Positions 51,585 through 64,000 of a stretch of DNA of 64,000 bases are shown here, in pieces. Position 1 is the first letter of the stretch, and every line of letters starts with the position of its first letter. The position numbers were made by a program, and so were the translations under genes. The stretch lies in the NCBI GenBank assembly GCA_016748015.1, contig JAAOMT010000299.1, positions 310,001 through 374,000 on the forward strand. Reading direction: 5' to 3'. The stretch is from Geosiphon pyriformis uo1 (taxonomy: Eukaryota; Fungi; Glomeromycota). The notes under the pieces are model-generated. The model saw only the letters and a program-made list of their open reading frames with translations. It made no database searches and had not been told where the DNA came from.

Positions 51585-54500
51585 CTAGACACCTATATGA
51601 ACAGAGACTACATTTTCTATACTTGAGAAAAACAAACACGATTTACAAAATTTAAAGCCCACATTTACTGTCTCAGTTATACCCAATAATTTAACCATGC
51701 CAGCTAAAAACATTAAAGAAAAACCTAATATTAGAACAAAAATAAAACCATTACATAGAATCAGGCCATTTTTTTCCATAAAAGCACAGTGTTTGGTATG
51801 CACTAACCAGATATCTTCTTAGAATACAAAACAAAATCCACACACAAAATTCACAATATGTTGACTTGCAATCTTAGAATCTTTGAAAACTGAAACAGAT
51901 TCATAATACCAATTATTAAAAACAAAACCCTTAAATAGTGCTGTGCTAACTGTAATATTAAAAACACAAGTGGACAACAACTGCAAAACACAAAAAAAAG
52001 AACAAAATAAACCAGAGTGCACATCCCAAATAGATGCATAAGTATTCAACAACTAAGCATGACCAGCAGCATTAAATGAACAGAAAAAACATGGTTAGAC
52101 ACCTCAATATTACCGCAAAACAAGCAAACTACACTGGAATAACACTTATTATATAATCACTTATACATAGCAACAGGAAGCCAATAATGAAGAGCTTTCA
52201 TAAAATATGTTCGGGAACCAGCCATCCACTTACTAGTGAAACCAGCTGCCAAGTGAAAATTAAGATGCAACATCAAAGATAATCTGAACCAATTAATCTC
52301 CACATGCATACTATTCACCATCATTCAAGAACCAGAACCAGTTTCCCAATACACACAATAAACAGACCAAAAAACTCTCTGAACAAAATGTCTAGAATTA
52401 CCAAAAACTACAATACCACCAGCTCTAAGGTAATGTTTACTAATCAAATGAGATAGTGCCAATTGGAGACAGCAGCCACTTTGGCAAATGTATCAGCATG
52501 CTCATTGCCAAAAATGCCAGAGTCACCCCTAATCCTATGCCAACTAACATTTAAATTTTTGTGATGAACAGTGCTTACAATGTAACAATGTTCAATCCAA
52601 TACCGATTTCTGAAATTGAGATAAATCAACTTTAAATCTGACCTATATACATTCAAGGCAGCCTAGCTGTCTGTGAACAGATCCACAAAATAAGAAGAGG
52701 AAACACACTCAAGAGCCAAAGCAATAGCTTGTAGTTCTGCTATAGTGGAAGACAACAGACCAAAAACCCATACACTTAAACCCAAATCAACATCTTAAAA
52801 AAAAACAGCTGCACCAGCTTTTACACCAAAAGTTCCCAAGCCACTCAAAGATCTATCCATATAAACAGAGAGACAATTTGTATTAACATACAGCAGATTG
52901 TTTCTGATGATACCAAACTTATAAGACTGCAAAATATCCAAAGAACCATGACTATCCAAAAGTGGAGAACTGATAAAGAATAGTAACACTACCAAAAAAT
53001 TGAACAGAAAGTTTAAACCAAATAAGAATAGGGCCATGGAAGTCCAATTACTTTTACTGCTTAAAGATTCTCTATTTAAAAACAGCACCACTCTAGTCAT
53101 ACAGCTGGTTCACAAAAACAATACCATAACATTAAAAGGAAGAGACACACTTAAGATAAGTTGACTTACCAAAGACAAGAGACATAGGAGTTTTACTCTA
53201 AAAATGAAAAACACTGGCCAGAGAATCACCCAAAAACAAATCATACTTAAAGAATATACACACCATACTCACCAGAAAGTTATTTGAAAGGTTGACATTA
53301 ACACAAGCTAAAAACTGTAAAAAGTGAAGTGAATGCCAGCTGAGAACCTAAAAATCATGTAACCTATAAGAAAATAACTTGCCCAAAATACCAACTGAAT
53401 TTGCAAAGGAAACAACTGAGACAGATTTGCTTTTAGCTTGAACTTACTTAAACATTTTTAAACTATACAAAGAAGGATAATAAATCATGTAATTAGGGAA
53501 ATTGAATAGCAAATTAGACTTAGACTTCAAGCTCTTGTAAATGAGAGCATTCTATTTATTATACACACTAATAGGAATAAAACTGAATTGAGTCCTATAA
53601 CTTATGATTAGATAAAGGACTGCAGACACCAAATATGCAAATTGTTTATCTGAAATCGCCTTCCTTAAAACAAAATTGACAAAAAATTGAACATTTAAAT
53701 AAGCCTTAGCCAAGCTAGGTTTTGACAAACTCTCAAAAGACAAAAAGATACTCAGGTAGTGGTGCAACTCTCTTTTTTTGGCAACAAAAATAGGCAAACC
53801 ACTGATAGTTAGATAAAGATTTTTGATCTGACAGTTAATAAGAATGATCACAGTTTTGTCATTATTGATGGAAATATTATTAAACCAAAAAAATTCACTT
53901 GCAACATTAAGAATATATTATGTAGCAGCTTGATTACTACCAACTCAAATCATATTATTGACAAAAGCACTAGCAGCAAAAAATGAAGTCAACCCAGTCT
54001 GAGATTTTGCTTTGCCAGTTTTGGAAATAAAATAAAAATTTAATCTATAATTACACATATTTTCTTGCCTCTTAACCTCACACAGAAGTGGATTATAGAA
54101 TATATATCACAGAAAAGACGAGAAAATCTTCTTTTGATCCAAACCATCATGAACATAATACTTGCCAGTCAGACTGAAATCTGTCATTACTTTGTTAACA
54201 TGACCATTGTGAAAACTTCCAAAAAATCTAATAAATTTGTTACACATCTTGATTCTTGTCAAACTTTTTCTAAGATGTTCCTAACTAACAGAGTCATAAG
54301 TCTTATGCATGTTCTACAAAACCAGCCAAAGTTTTTGGTTCTTCTCCAAAACATCTTTAATAACAGAACCAATAGCAAAAATAGAAGATTGTATTATCAT
54401 ACTTCTTAAAACAAAAAAGTTGTTCCCATAGAAAAAATTAAAAATGCTGCAAGCCAGAGAAATTTTGTTAGAAAGAATTTTAGAAAAAACCTTATGGGCT

Positions 54501-56241
54501 GTTTCAATCAAAACAATAGGATAAGTATTTGTAAAAACACTCTCCTATTTATAAGGTTTGAGAATTATTAAGATTCAAGCTTCTTTTCAAAGCCCAGACA
54601 CTGATTCACAAATCAAATAAAAGTTTAAAAGCACCAACAGCATATCCAATACCAACTTATCACAATGCTTTCACAACTTATTTGGAATGCCAAAAAAACT
54701 GGTTGTTTTCTCATTCGGCAGATTCAAGACTACAGCAAACATTTCATCAAATCCAATTGGACACATTACACTAAAAAAAGCACCATCAAAAACATAATCC
54801 AAAAGCTAATATTGGTAAGACTAATTATTAGAAATATCAGATACCACTTTATACTTTTTAGTCCATCTCTCTATGATTATATCCACTTTAGATTTAACTA
54901 AATCTGGCTCCAGTATCAATTTATTATTTACAACCAAATAATTCAGCACTACCTTACAAAAAAAATGTTCTAAAACATTTCTGATGGTGTAACTCTTATC
55001 CAACTTAAAATTTTCTATTCTTTTATTAATAGCTGTCTTGATGCAGAACTCCTTTGTATGCTTAGACTTCATCATTTTAGAAGAATAATAGGACTTCCTT
55101 GCCTTAGCCAGAGCTGAGCAAATCATGTCAAAATTAGATTTCAAAAGAAACAAAGATTTTACTACCAATGCACTAGCTGCATTAAGTCCATTCCATGTAT
55201 CTAATAGTGCTGCAAAATCCTTACTAGAAACCAAATGAGAAGTCTTAACCAACTTAAATACCAACAACTCCAGTTTATGAAACCTAGAAAACTTCTTGGT
55301 AAAAACCTTATCATAATCTCTAAACCATTTTATTTGAATATTTTATTAGCCAAAAGAGTTATTGTTTTGTGAATAACATTCCACATTGCACCCAGATCTG
55401 AAAACTTCACAGAGACTGCAAACTTACCAGAGAAAATTGCTGTATTGACTGCCATAACATTCTTGAAATTGTTCTATTTTGTATCATAAGCACTTTTAAA
55501 ATCAAATTTTCATTGGTTTCTATTAACTTGCCTGTGAATAGAGTTTAACTGCACATTCAAAAGCCCATCCAAACCCACAGACACAAAAATCACTTGGTGA
55601 TCAGTATCAAAATGTTTACCAACATCCAAAACATTGTGATTCACCATTACATTAACTAAATTTGAAGAAATAAATATGTAATCAATTGTTTTTTTTGAAT
55701 TCTTTGAATTATTCTAAGTTAGAATCTTTGCAAACAGACTTTTTAACAAAGAATTGACCAGCCCCAAATTGAAATACTTCTTGAAACTCGCACATTTGCT
55801 GGAATCATCATTATTGAAATCTTTCCCCAATATAATAAAAGATGACTCATTTACAGTCTGAGTTATTAGAGAATTAATATCACCAGCCTGAAAAAAACAA
55901 ACAGCCAGGAAAGCACCAGCATAAAACCCTAGGATCAAAACAAAAAGTTTATTCTTGAAAAGCAACTTGATGAAAAGAAGCCAGCCAGGCACCTCAAAAA
56001 TCTTATACACATAATAAGCCAAAGAAGCATTCATGATGATTGTCACTCCAGCACCAAGAAACCCCTTGTCCAATCCAGATGAGAAAACTCTAATCCCACT
56101 AAACCTATTCTTAATCCATAGCTTACAACTAGACCTCAATTTTGTTTCTGTAACAATTGAAACCAAATTCCCAAAATCTTTATGCCAACAGACAATGTTC
56201 TCTTGTTTGGAAGGAACATTAATACCATAAACATTACACAT
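51585..56241 (-). pseudogene. LINE ORF2 (EN-RT-RNase H), multiply disrupted
   Basis: Fragments 55714-56241, 54821-55267, 54314-54511, 53552-53851, 52795-53100, 52444-52656 and 51585-51803 lie in the expected domain order. Confidence 0.87.
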
Positions 56242-56267
56242 AGCAATTTTTCACACAAAATTACTTA

Positions 56268-57250
56268 TTAAAGAGTAAGAAAAGATGATGAACTCAAACC
56301 AGAGCACAGACAATCTAATCTTTCCAAAACCAACTCAACTGACACTTTCAAAGCCATTATTTTAGATTCCAATCCACCTGTCTTGGTAGTCAAAACCTTA
56401 GAGTTACTCAAGCTAAAATCAGCAATTGTGTCCACAACAACCAAAAGAGGGGAGATGAAAAATGTCAACATATTATTAAGAGTCATATCTAAATTCAAAT
56501 TAGAGGCCAAACATGCTTGAGTAACTAGAGAGAATACATGAGGTGCATTTGCCAAAAGCACCAACTCAACAAAGCTTAGCTTTTTCATGATAATAGAAAT
56601 TTGATCTGACAAAAGCTCCAAAAAACATTTCAAAGAAACCAAATAATTAACCAAACAAGAATCATCAAGAGAATTAGGAATCATTAAAATGAGTTTTGCA
56701 TCTGAAGACACACCAGCACCAAAAAAGTCTGATAAGATAGCATGAGCGGAAAAACCACCAGCAATCTGGATCCAAGTCTTGCCACCAAAAAAAACTAGGT
56801 GTTTGTTTCTTTTTATAAATGTTGACCAAATGAACACAATTCTGAGAAGTTACTACCTATTTACCATGACCATCAGAGTTTCCATCAGCCAAGCACACAT
56901 CAAAGATATGACCAAATTGTTCACACTTAGCACAACAAGCCAGAGAAAAACCAGCCCAGTGTAAATTCATACTCTTAAACACTGGCAAAGAACCAATAAC
57001 AGCATCCTTCAACTTCTTAAAATCAAAACAGACAACAGCACATCTATTATAAACATATGAAACTAGATTATGGCTAATAGTACAGATTTTTCTACCATAA
57101 GATGTCAACAGCTTAGACAAATCATGTGCAGCCATACCAATTAGCAAAGTATAGAACAAAGTCTTATGATAATCTCTAGATATCCATATTTGTTTGTTAT
57201 CTACAGCTTTTGCCACATGAACAGAATCTTTTTCCAAGAAAACAGACCAT
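56268..57250 (-). pseudogene. LINE ORF1, C-terminal half
   Basis: Homologous to 2008-2484 (KD.VHVA..L.WAG.SLA.C..C.QFGH...C). Confidence 0.82.
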
Positions 57251-60200
57251 TGTTACTCATAAAAAAAAACAGATATAGAAATATAGTGGGCCAATAAGAA
57301 AGTAGTTAGCACATAAGCACATTGCTCAGCAATATAGAGCAATGTTAGAAATCATGGCACATCACTTAGCAATGTGAAGCAATGTCAAGAAAATATGACA
57401 CATTGCTTGAGAAATTATAGCACATTGCTCGAGAATATGAGTGATCTCATAGAACCCAAATTATGTATATATAGTGGTAGCATTAGAAGTAGAAAAGACA
57501 GACTTCTCAGTTTAGATTTAATCTAAGCAGCCTTTCCACTCACAAATATCAATAAATAAGTATTCACTATCTTAATTCACTCTCCACTATCAACATTTCA
57601 TGTTGATAGCAATTGATACTTAATCACACTGAAACAATAGCTCTTGATCATGGCTATTGACAGGATACTAACTAGCAATTGTATTGGCTCATCTTTCTTT
57701 ATTTTGTTATTATTTTTTTTATTTTATTTTCTTTGATTTTATTGTTGTGTACTAAATTGATTAAGAAGATTAAAGCACTGAGTTATTGATATCATGGATA
57801 GCCTGGTAAAAGACCCAGAAATAAGGATAGAATTATATATATTAATAGATAGCTTACTAGAAAGGCATGACTGTCAAATTAAACCAGCCATCATGCCGAA
57901 AACAGAAATTGGGAAACAACTTGAGAAAACAACTTAAATCAACCATAATGCATCTTTGTCTATTATACAAAAAACTCTACAACAAACCTTCAGATCCACC
58001 AAACCTTCAGATATCAACCCCAGAATACTAAATCAGCACCAAGTTATGGATTTGTTATTTGACTTAAGACCCCAAATAATCATTTATAACATTTGGTGCT
58101 CTCTATGAGGTATAATCCTACAGAGAACCAGCATCAACTACACCTATTTCAAAAGTGACAGAATCAGAAAGAATAGGAGCAAACCATTTAAGATTTGCAA
58201 AATCCTTATTTCAACACTACTGTCAATATTTAGGATTAAACCATAATCACATATCAGTGGAATCAGTCTTCAATTTTTACATCAACAAGAGAATTGCCTA
58301 TCTGTTATGAACACCAGTAAATACCAAGTCAGCAAAAAAAACCTTTTACAATGAATTAATTCAAAACACTAGCCTACCAACAAACCACAATTTTGCATCC
58401 ATCATTACAGAAATCAATAAAGAAATTAAATATCACATTCAACAAAGATACCCAATTACATATGCCAGTAAAGGAAAAGAAAACTGCAAACACCAGCAGT
58501 GACACTCCAAAAGATACAACCACCCACTTAGAAGAAAACCAGAGTTGAATTGCCAACAAACTCATCATACTACTATACATCTGGAAGTGTTATTAACATC
58601 TTATTAACAGATGTGTCCACAGCACATGTGACATTAACATTTGGCCAACTCCTATTTTAAAATAAACAAAAAAAAGCAGAATTACTAGGGACTTATGGCG
58701 ACTACTTTGAGAGATTTAAATCACAATCTTCAACACTATCAGGATTCTGATTACCACCACCTCAACTAGATTTTGGAAACACAAGTCCCTGAAAGATAAC
58801 AGAATCAGAAAGAAAACAGGAAAAAGAAGCCAAGGAACAAAAATTTACTTACTAGAACCCGATCTTAGAGAATTCGGAAGTTGAAACTCCAAACATTAAA
58901 ATCCAACAAACTCAAAACAATCCAAACACCAAAGCAATTAATTAGCAAAACTTACCTCCAGTAATTATCATCAATCAGTCACTAATTGTATCAATACTTG
59001 AACCAATCTTACAGCCACCATTTCAATAACCTATTTAGCTACTGCTTCAGCAACCACAACAGCTGCTTTAACAGCCGCAACAACAACTGCAACAACCACA
59101 ACAACAACAACTGAACTTAGATCCAATGGCCTATGCTCTAATAGCAAAACTTGAAAAGTTCATTAGCAAAGAAGACAATGCCCAAATATGGCTCAACGAC
59201 ATTGAAAAGGCCATTACAGCAAATAGATGGAATGATGCGAGAGCCCTCCAAGCCATTCTTTACTTTCTCCAGGATACTGCCGATTTATGATATCAAAGTC
59301 TAGCCAACAAATTCCAAGATTTCAATGCATTCAAACTTGCATTTCTACAATACTTTAGTAATAATAATAGCATTAACTAATTGGCAAACACTTTTACCAC
59401 CATCAAGCAAGGAAAAAATGAAGCAGTCACTACTTATTTAAAATGCTTCCACAGAAATCTGCACCAAATCCAGACCATATAGGCTGATTATTTCACAGTG
59501 CCACAAATCCTAAATCAATTCATTTGAGACCTACATAGTAGTATTCTCCAATGCGTGCACTCAATGCATCCAGCAGACTTTCAAGCTGTAGTTACAAATA
59601 CCAGAAATTTTGAAGCAGCTGAACTCGAAGCTAATCATGCCCAAGCTGTAAATTTAGTGATGAATGGATCATTTGAACTGGATTCCAAATTGAAACAATT
59701 CAGTGATTCCATTAATCAGAAGCTTGAAAGATACTTAATTGACAATCACACAATTTATCAACCACCACAATGACATAATAATTTAGGAACCACAAATCGT
59801 CCATAAAATCAGTCGTGTCCTTTATTATTATCCAATTAGCTGTGGCAGCAAGAGACGTGTATCTGCCACTACTGTGGTAAACAAGGACATTTGAGAGTTG
59901 ATTGTCAGTTAAGAATAGAAAACCAATGATTGGAAAATCAATATCAAAACCCTGATCACAGGTTTTCAACTCCAAGTTATCAATCAAATATAGAAATATA
60001 TCACCCAAATTACATACCTATAATGCAGTCACAAATTTATCAACCACCAATTTATTAGCCAACAGCACCTGTCATTTATCACCCACAGCCCCAACCCATT
60101 TATTAGCTACAGCCTTAGGTAATTTATCAGCCCTAACAAATTTAAACACCACCACAGAACTTACTTCAAAACAGAACCCAAAAGCCAAGACTGACACAAC

Positions 60201-63200
60201 AAAGCTGGAGATTGTCAATAGTGGTTTATCAACCAATCCCCAGTTCTATGGCACAACTATTAAGATCTCAACAACAAAATTTGGGCACTGAAAACTCCCA
60301 AAACCCAAATACCCAACACTATTTAAGTCTTCTGGTTACCCCAAAAAATGCCTCACCCAACAACCAGAAATCCAACCAATACAAATTACTTACCAGCAAT
60401 ATATCTCCAGCCACTGTAACCAATAATGAATCACTAACCACAATTTTTCCATTTAAATTTGAGAAAACTACACCAGTTCCCTTATTTAGTGGAGCTGCTC
60501 TTGATACCAAACCAATCACTACCATGTATACTGATGCAAAAGTTGATGACCATGCCATCAAACTGATCCTAGATAGTGGATTAGCTGGCAGCATCATCAC
60601 ATGACAACTCATGGACCAATTAGGTCGCAGAGTTGATCACACTACCAGCACATGCATAATCACTGCTAATGGAGCGACCAAAATGCCAATTGGTAAAATT
60701 GACAACTTCCCTTTTGAAGTTAACAGCATCATTACTCTCATTAAAGTCCTAATGATAGAAGCAACTTAATATCAAGCATTGGTAGACAACAATTGGTTAT
60801 TCAAAACTAATGTCATACTTGATTGGACCACTCAAAAACTGCAATTCAGCCAAAATGGCTAACACATCTGAGTACTAGCAACTTGTAATTACTTCAAACC
60901 CAGCATTGCTATGCAACCACTAATTGAGTTCGAAGAAGACAAGAAAAAACCAACGTGGGAAGCATATTAAGTCTCCTGGGCTAACAAAAACCACAATAAG
61001 TTACTGCCCATACTACCCTAGGATGACAATAGCAAAAGAAAGCAGAAAAACACAGAACTTACTTGGAATGCCAATCAAGCCTGGGAAACTGACAATGATC
61101 AAAACAAAATAACAAAGTGGGAATGGAAAGAAGCTAACAATAAGAGAAAAGGGAAAAAAAAGGAAGAGAATTCAACACCAATCATTACTTATAATTACTA
61201 TACTTACCCTATATTACAACAATCCATTTATTGTTGACCAAAACTCATATGTATTAATTGTGGCAAGAAATTGTTGTTAATGGGTACATGCTGTGGTGAC
61301 AATGAGGAATACTCAACAGTAACCAAATTTTACTGTCATGTGTACATCATAGAATGCTTTGGACAACTAAAACAGAAAAAAAAATGTGACAATAAACCTT
61401 GTCTAGCTTGCAGAGAAACATTACTTGATAAAGGAATGTGAAATAACATTTCTGGTCCAGAAGAAACATGTGATGCTTCATGTCAGTATACAATCTTTAT
61501 TAGTGACTGGATTAGGAAAGGAACACCAATAAAAGCCACCTGGAGAAGAGCTGTACAATGATTGGACAATTGTCTACATGACAACAATGAGATATGGAAA
61601 ATGGCAATTACTAAAATAGAAGGAGCATCATCTAAAGAAATCAAAGAAATTAAGAACAACCTTCCAGAGCCCATAAAACTTAACTGGAACCCAGAACCAG
61701 TCATAAATCTCTTGGATCCAGAACAATTTCACAAACACTATTAAGAGCTAGCACCTATAAGAGAAGAACAGAAGCAATGTTTGGAAGAAATTAACACTCA
61801 ACTATGTAACCACTGTTTGATTCTATGTGACTTTCAATATTGTAATAAGTGTAACCTCATTTACAATTCACCACCATGCATAATCTACATGATCCCAGAA
61901 AAAAAAGAACCAATCAACAGCTGTACATCAGAATTAGAATCAACTTTCAATCCTGATTCAAACTCTAACAATGATGATGACAAAAATAACAGTTCCAGCT
62001 CTGTTCAATGTGGCAATAAAAGATATAATGATTTAAACTCTAATTCAAACCCTGAAACATATATCACACTTTCTGATCTCACTAAGGAACAGGAACTAAA
62101 ATAGTTTAGTGATAATAACAAAAGTATCATGTCTAAATGCACACATAATACTAATGCAGAGTTTGATCTAAGATATCCAGGAAAAAATTACATCAAATTA
62201 GAACCACATTCATGCATTTGTATTGATCTTAAAATAGCACTGGAAATTCCAATAATCATCATGGTTCAATTAGCATCTAGGAGTAGTTTAGCAAAAAAGG
62301 AAATCAACATTAGAGGAGGAATAATTGATGTAGAGTATGTAGAAAATATTATTGTTATGCTACAAAATGACTCAGAAAAGGCCTATACCATAGAGCCAAA
62401 TGAAAAAATAGCACAGACAATATTCCTGTCTCTGGTGAAAGTAGCTTAGTTAGTGTCAGTGGGAAACAGGGAAGAGTTAGGAATTACAGCTAAAGAGATA
62501 CAAGGATTTGGATCAACCAGTAGAATAGATGTATTAGTTAATATGGCAGAGGAAAAGATTATTAACAAAGAAAAAATTATCTCAACCCATCAATCAATTT
62601 CTATTCCATCATATGACCAGTATATATTAGCCATAAAAAGAGAAGTAAAGAATCAAGCTCAGTTGTTTGAAGCAGAAGCCACCATTTGTGAATCAGGAAA
62701 AATTGGACTCACTAATCTTTACATATCAGCCAAAAGCCCCAAAAATATCAAAATTCCCATCTACAACACAACTGGAAATGTCATTGAGATACCAAAAAGA
62801 ACCACCATCAGATACTTAACCACTGAAGTTGAGGATTAACCACCAAACTACATTCCAAATTTTTCACAGCTTTGTGAATATGTGAATATCACATCACAAA
62901 CCATTTATGAACAAAGTGAATGTTATCTGCTTCAACTGAAACAATTAGAACAGATGAATTTGGGAAATTTAGACTCACTTTAATGGATGCAACTCAAAAT
63001 GTTACTCAACAATTTCAATGATATTTTTGCCAGTGAAACTGAATTTGGCAGAACTAACATAATTTAGCACCAGATCAAAACTGGAGATACAATGCCAATA
63101 AAACAAAAAGCATATAAAGTACCACCAGCTAGCCATGAGATTATTCATCAAGAAATCAACCAAATGTTTAACAATGGGCTAATTTAGCCATCCATGAGTC

Positions 63201-64000
63201 CATGATCATTACCAGTAATACTAGTCTGGAAAAAAAATGGAAAAATCCATTTTTGTGTAGATTATCAAAAACTGAATGGAGTAACCAAAGGTAACAGCTA
63301 TCTAACTCCAAAGATCCAAGAACTATTCGATGCTTTTGGAGAAAATAAATAGTTCTCAACACTAGATTTGGATAGTGGTTACTAACAAGTAGCCATGGAT
63401 CCAGCTGACCAAAAAAAAACAGTATTTACTACAAGAGAGAGAAATTTTGAGTTTGAAGTCATGCTATTTGGTTTGATGAATGCTCCAACAACATTCTAAT
63501 GGCTTATGGAAATTGTTTATACTAGATTATTATGGAAATTAGTAGTTGTTTACTTAGATAACACAAATGTGCTCTCAAAAACATTCAATGATTATTTTCA
63601 TCATCTTCAACAAGTATTTGAAAGACTCAGACAAGCAGGATTGAAACTAAATGCCAATAAATGCTTTTTTGGAAAAACAGAACTAAAGTTCTTGGGACAT
63701 GTTGTGAGCAAAAACAGCATCAAAACAGACCCAGACAAGATTGAAGTTGTCAAAAACTTTCCAGTACCAAACAATCTCACTGAACTAAAAACATTCTTGG
63801 GATTTGCAGAGTACTATTGCCACTTTATCAAAAACTTCTCTAAACTGGCCCAGCCACTTTATTATTTACAAACAAAAAATGTAAAGTATGAATGGACAGG
63901 AATGCAACAAGAAGCATTTGACACATTAAGAAGAAAGCTTATTTAAGCTCCAGTGTTGATGTATTCAGATTACAGTAAATCATTCATTATCACTACTGAT
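57251..64000 (+). mobile_element. Ty3/Gypsy element H (5' LTR 57251-58091, PBS, gag-PR-Cys-rich-dUTPase-RT), runs off the window
   Basis: PBS TGGTGCTCTCTATGAGG at 58094-58110; gag MAYALIAKLEKF..WLND; PR LILDSG; dUTPase AEFDL / RSSLA / GIID / IAQ / GFGST at 62129-62520; RT VYLDN. Confidence 0.92.

Larger units (their letters stand above)
51455..57250 (-). mobile_element. LINE with APE endonuclease, RT, RNase H and C-terminal CCHC; 5' end cut by H
   Basis: EN CNVYGIN..TETK..GKDFN..IDYIF; RT IETAHKVFSKIL, QDMHKTYDSV; RNase H VYMDRS..ELQAIALAL..TDS..GNEHAD; ORF1 knuckle CAKCEQFGHIFDVC; A-rich tail at ~51455. Confidence 0.9.

Overview
Eukaryotic, very AT-rich, transposon-dense DNA. The RNAi-type RdRP with a short intron and the TE families suggest a Glomeromycota-like fungus (inference). 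The window is a nest of at least 8 Ty3/Gypsy-type LTR retrotransposon copies (labelled A-H), 2 solo LTRs and 4 pieces of LINEs (RNase H visible in the two that retain ORF2), in graded states of C>T/G>A decay. There is one 380-N gap and a single intact host gene: a 2-exon QDE-1-like RNA-dependent RNA polymerase (45667-49265). The most notable signal is the LTR-element architecture, shared by several diverged copies: (i) one long gag-PR-Cys-rich domain-dUTPase-RT-RNaseH frame that appears to start at a conserved GTG; (ii) a conserved stop after RNase H, with integrase in its own ORF; (iii) a conserved ~220-aa third ORF ending at the polypurine tract; (iv) a covarying LTR hairpin with a palindromic TGATCA loop, resembling a dimer-initiation kissing loop. 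All alignments and counts were done by eye, and boundaries in decayed regions are approximate.
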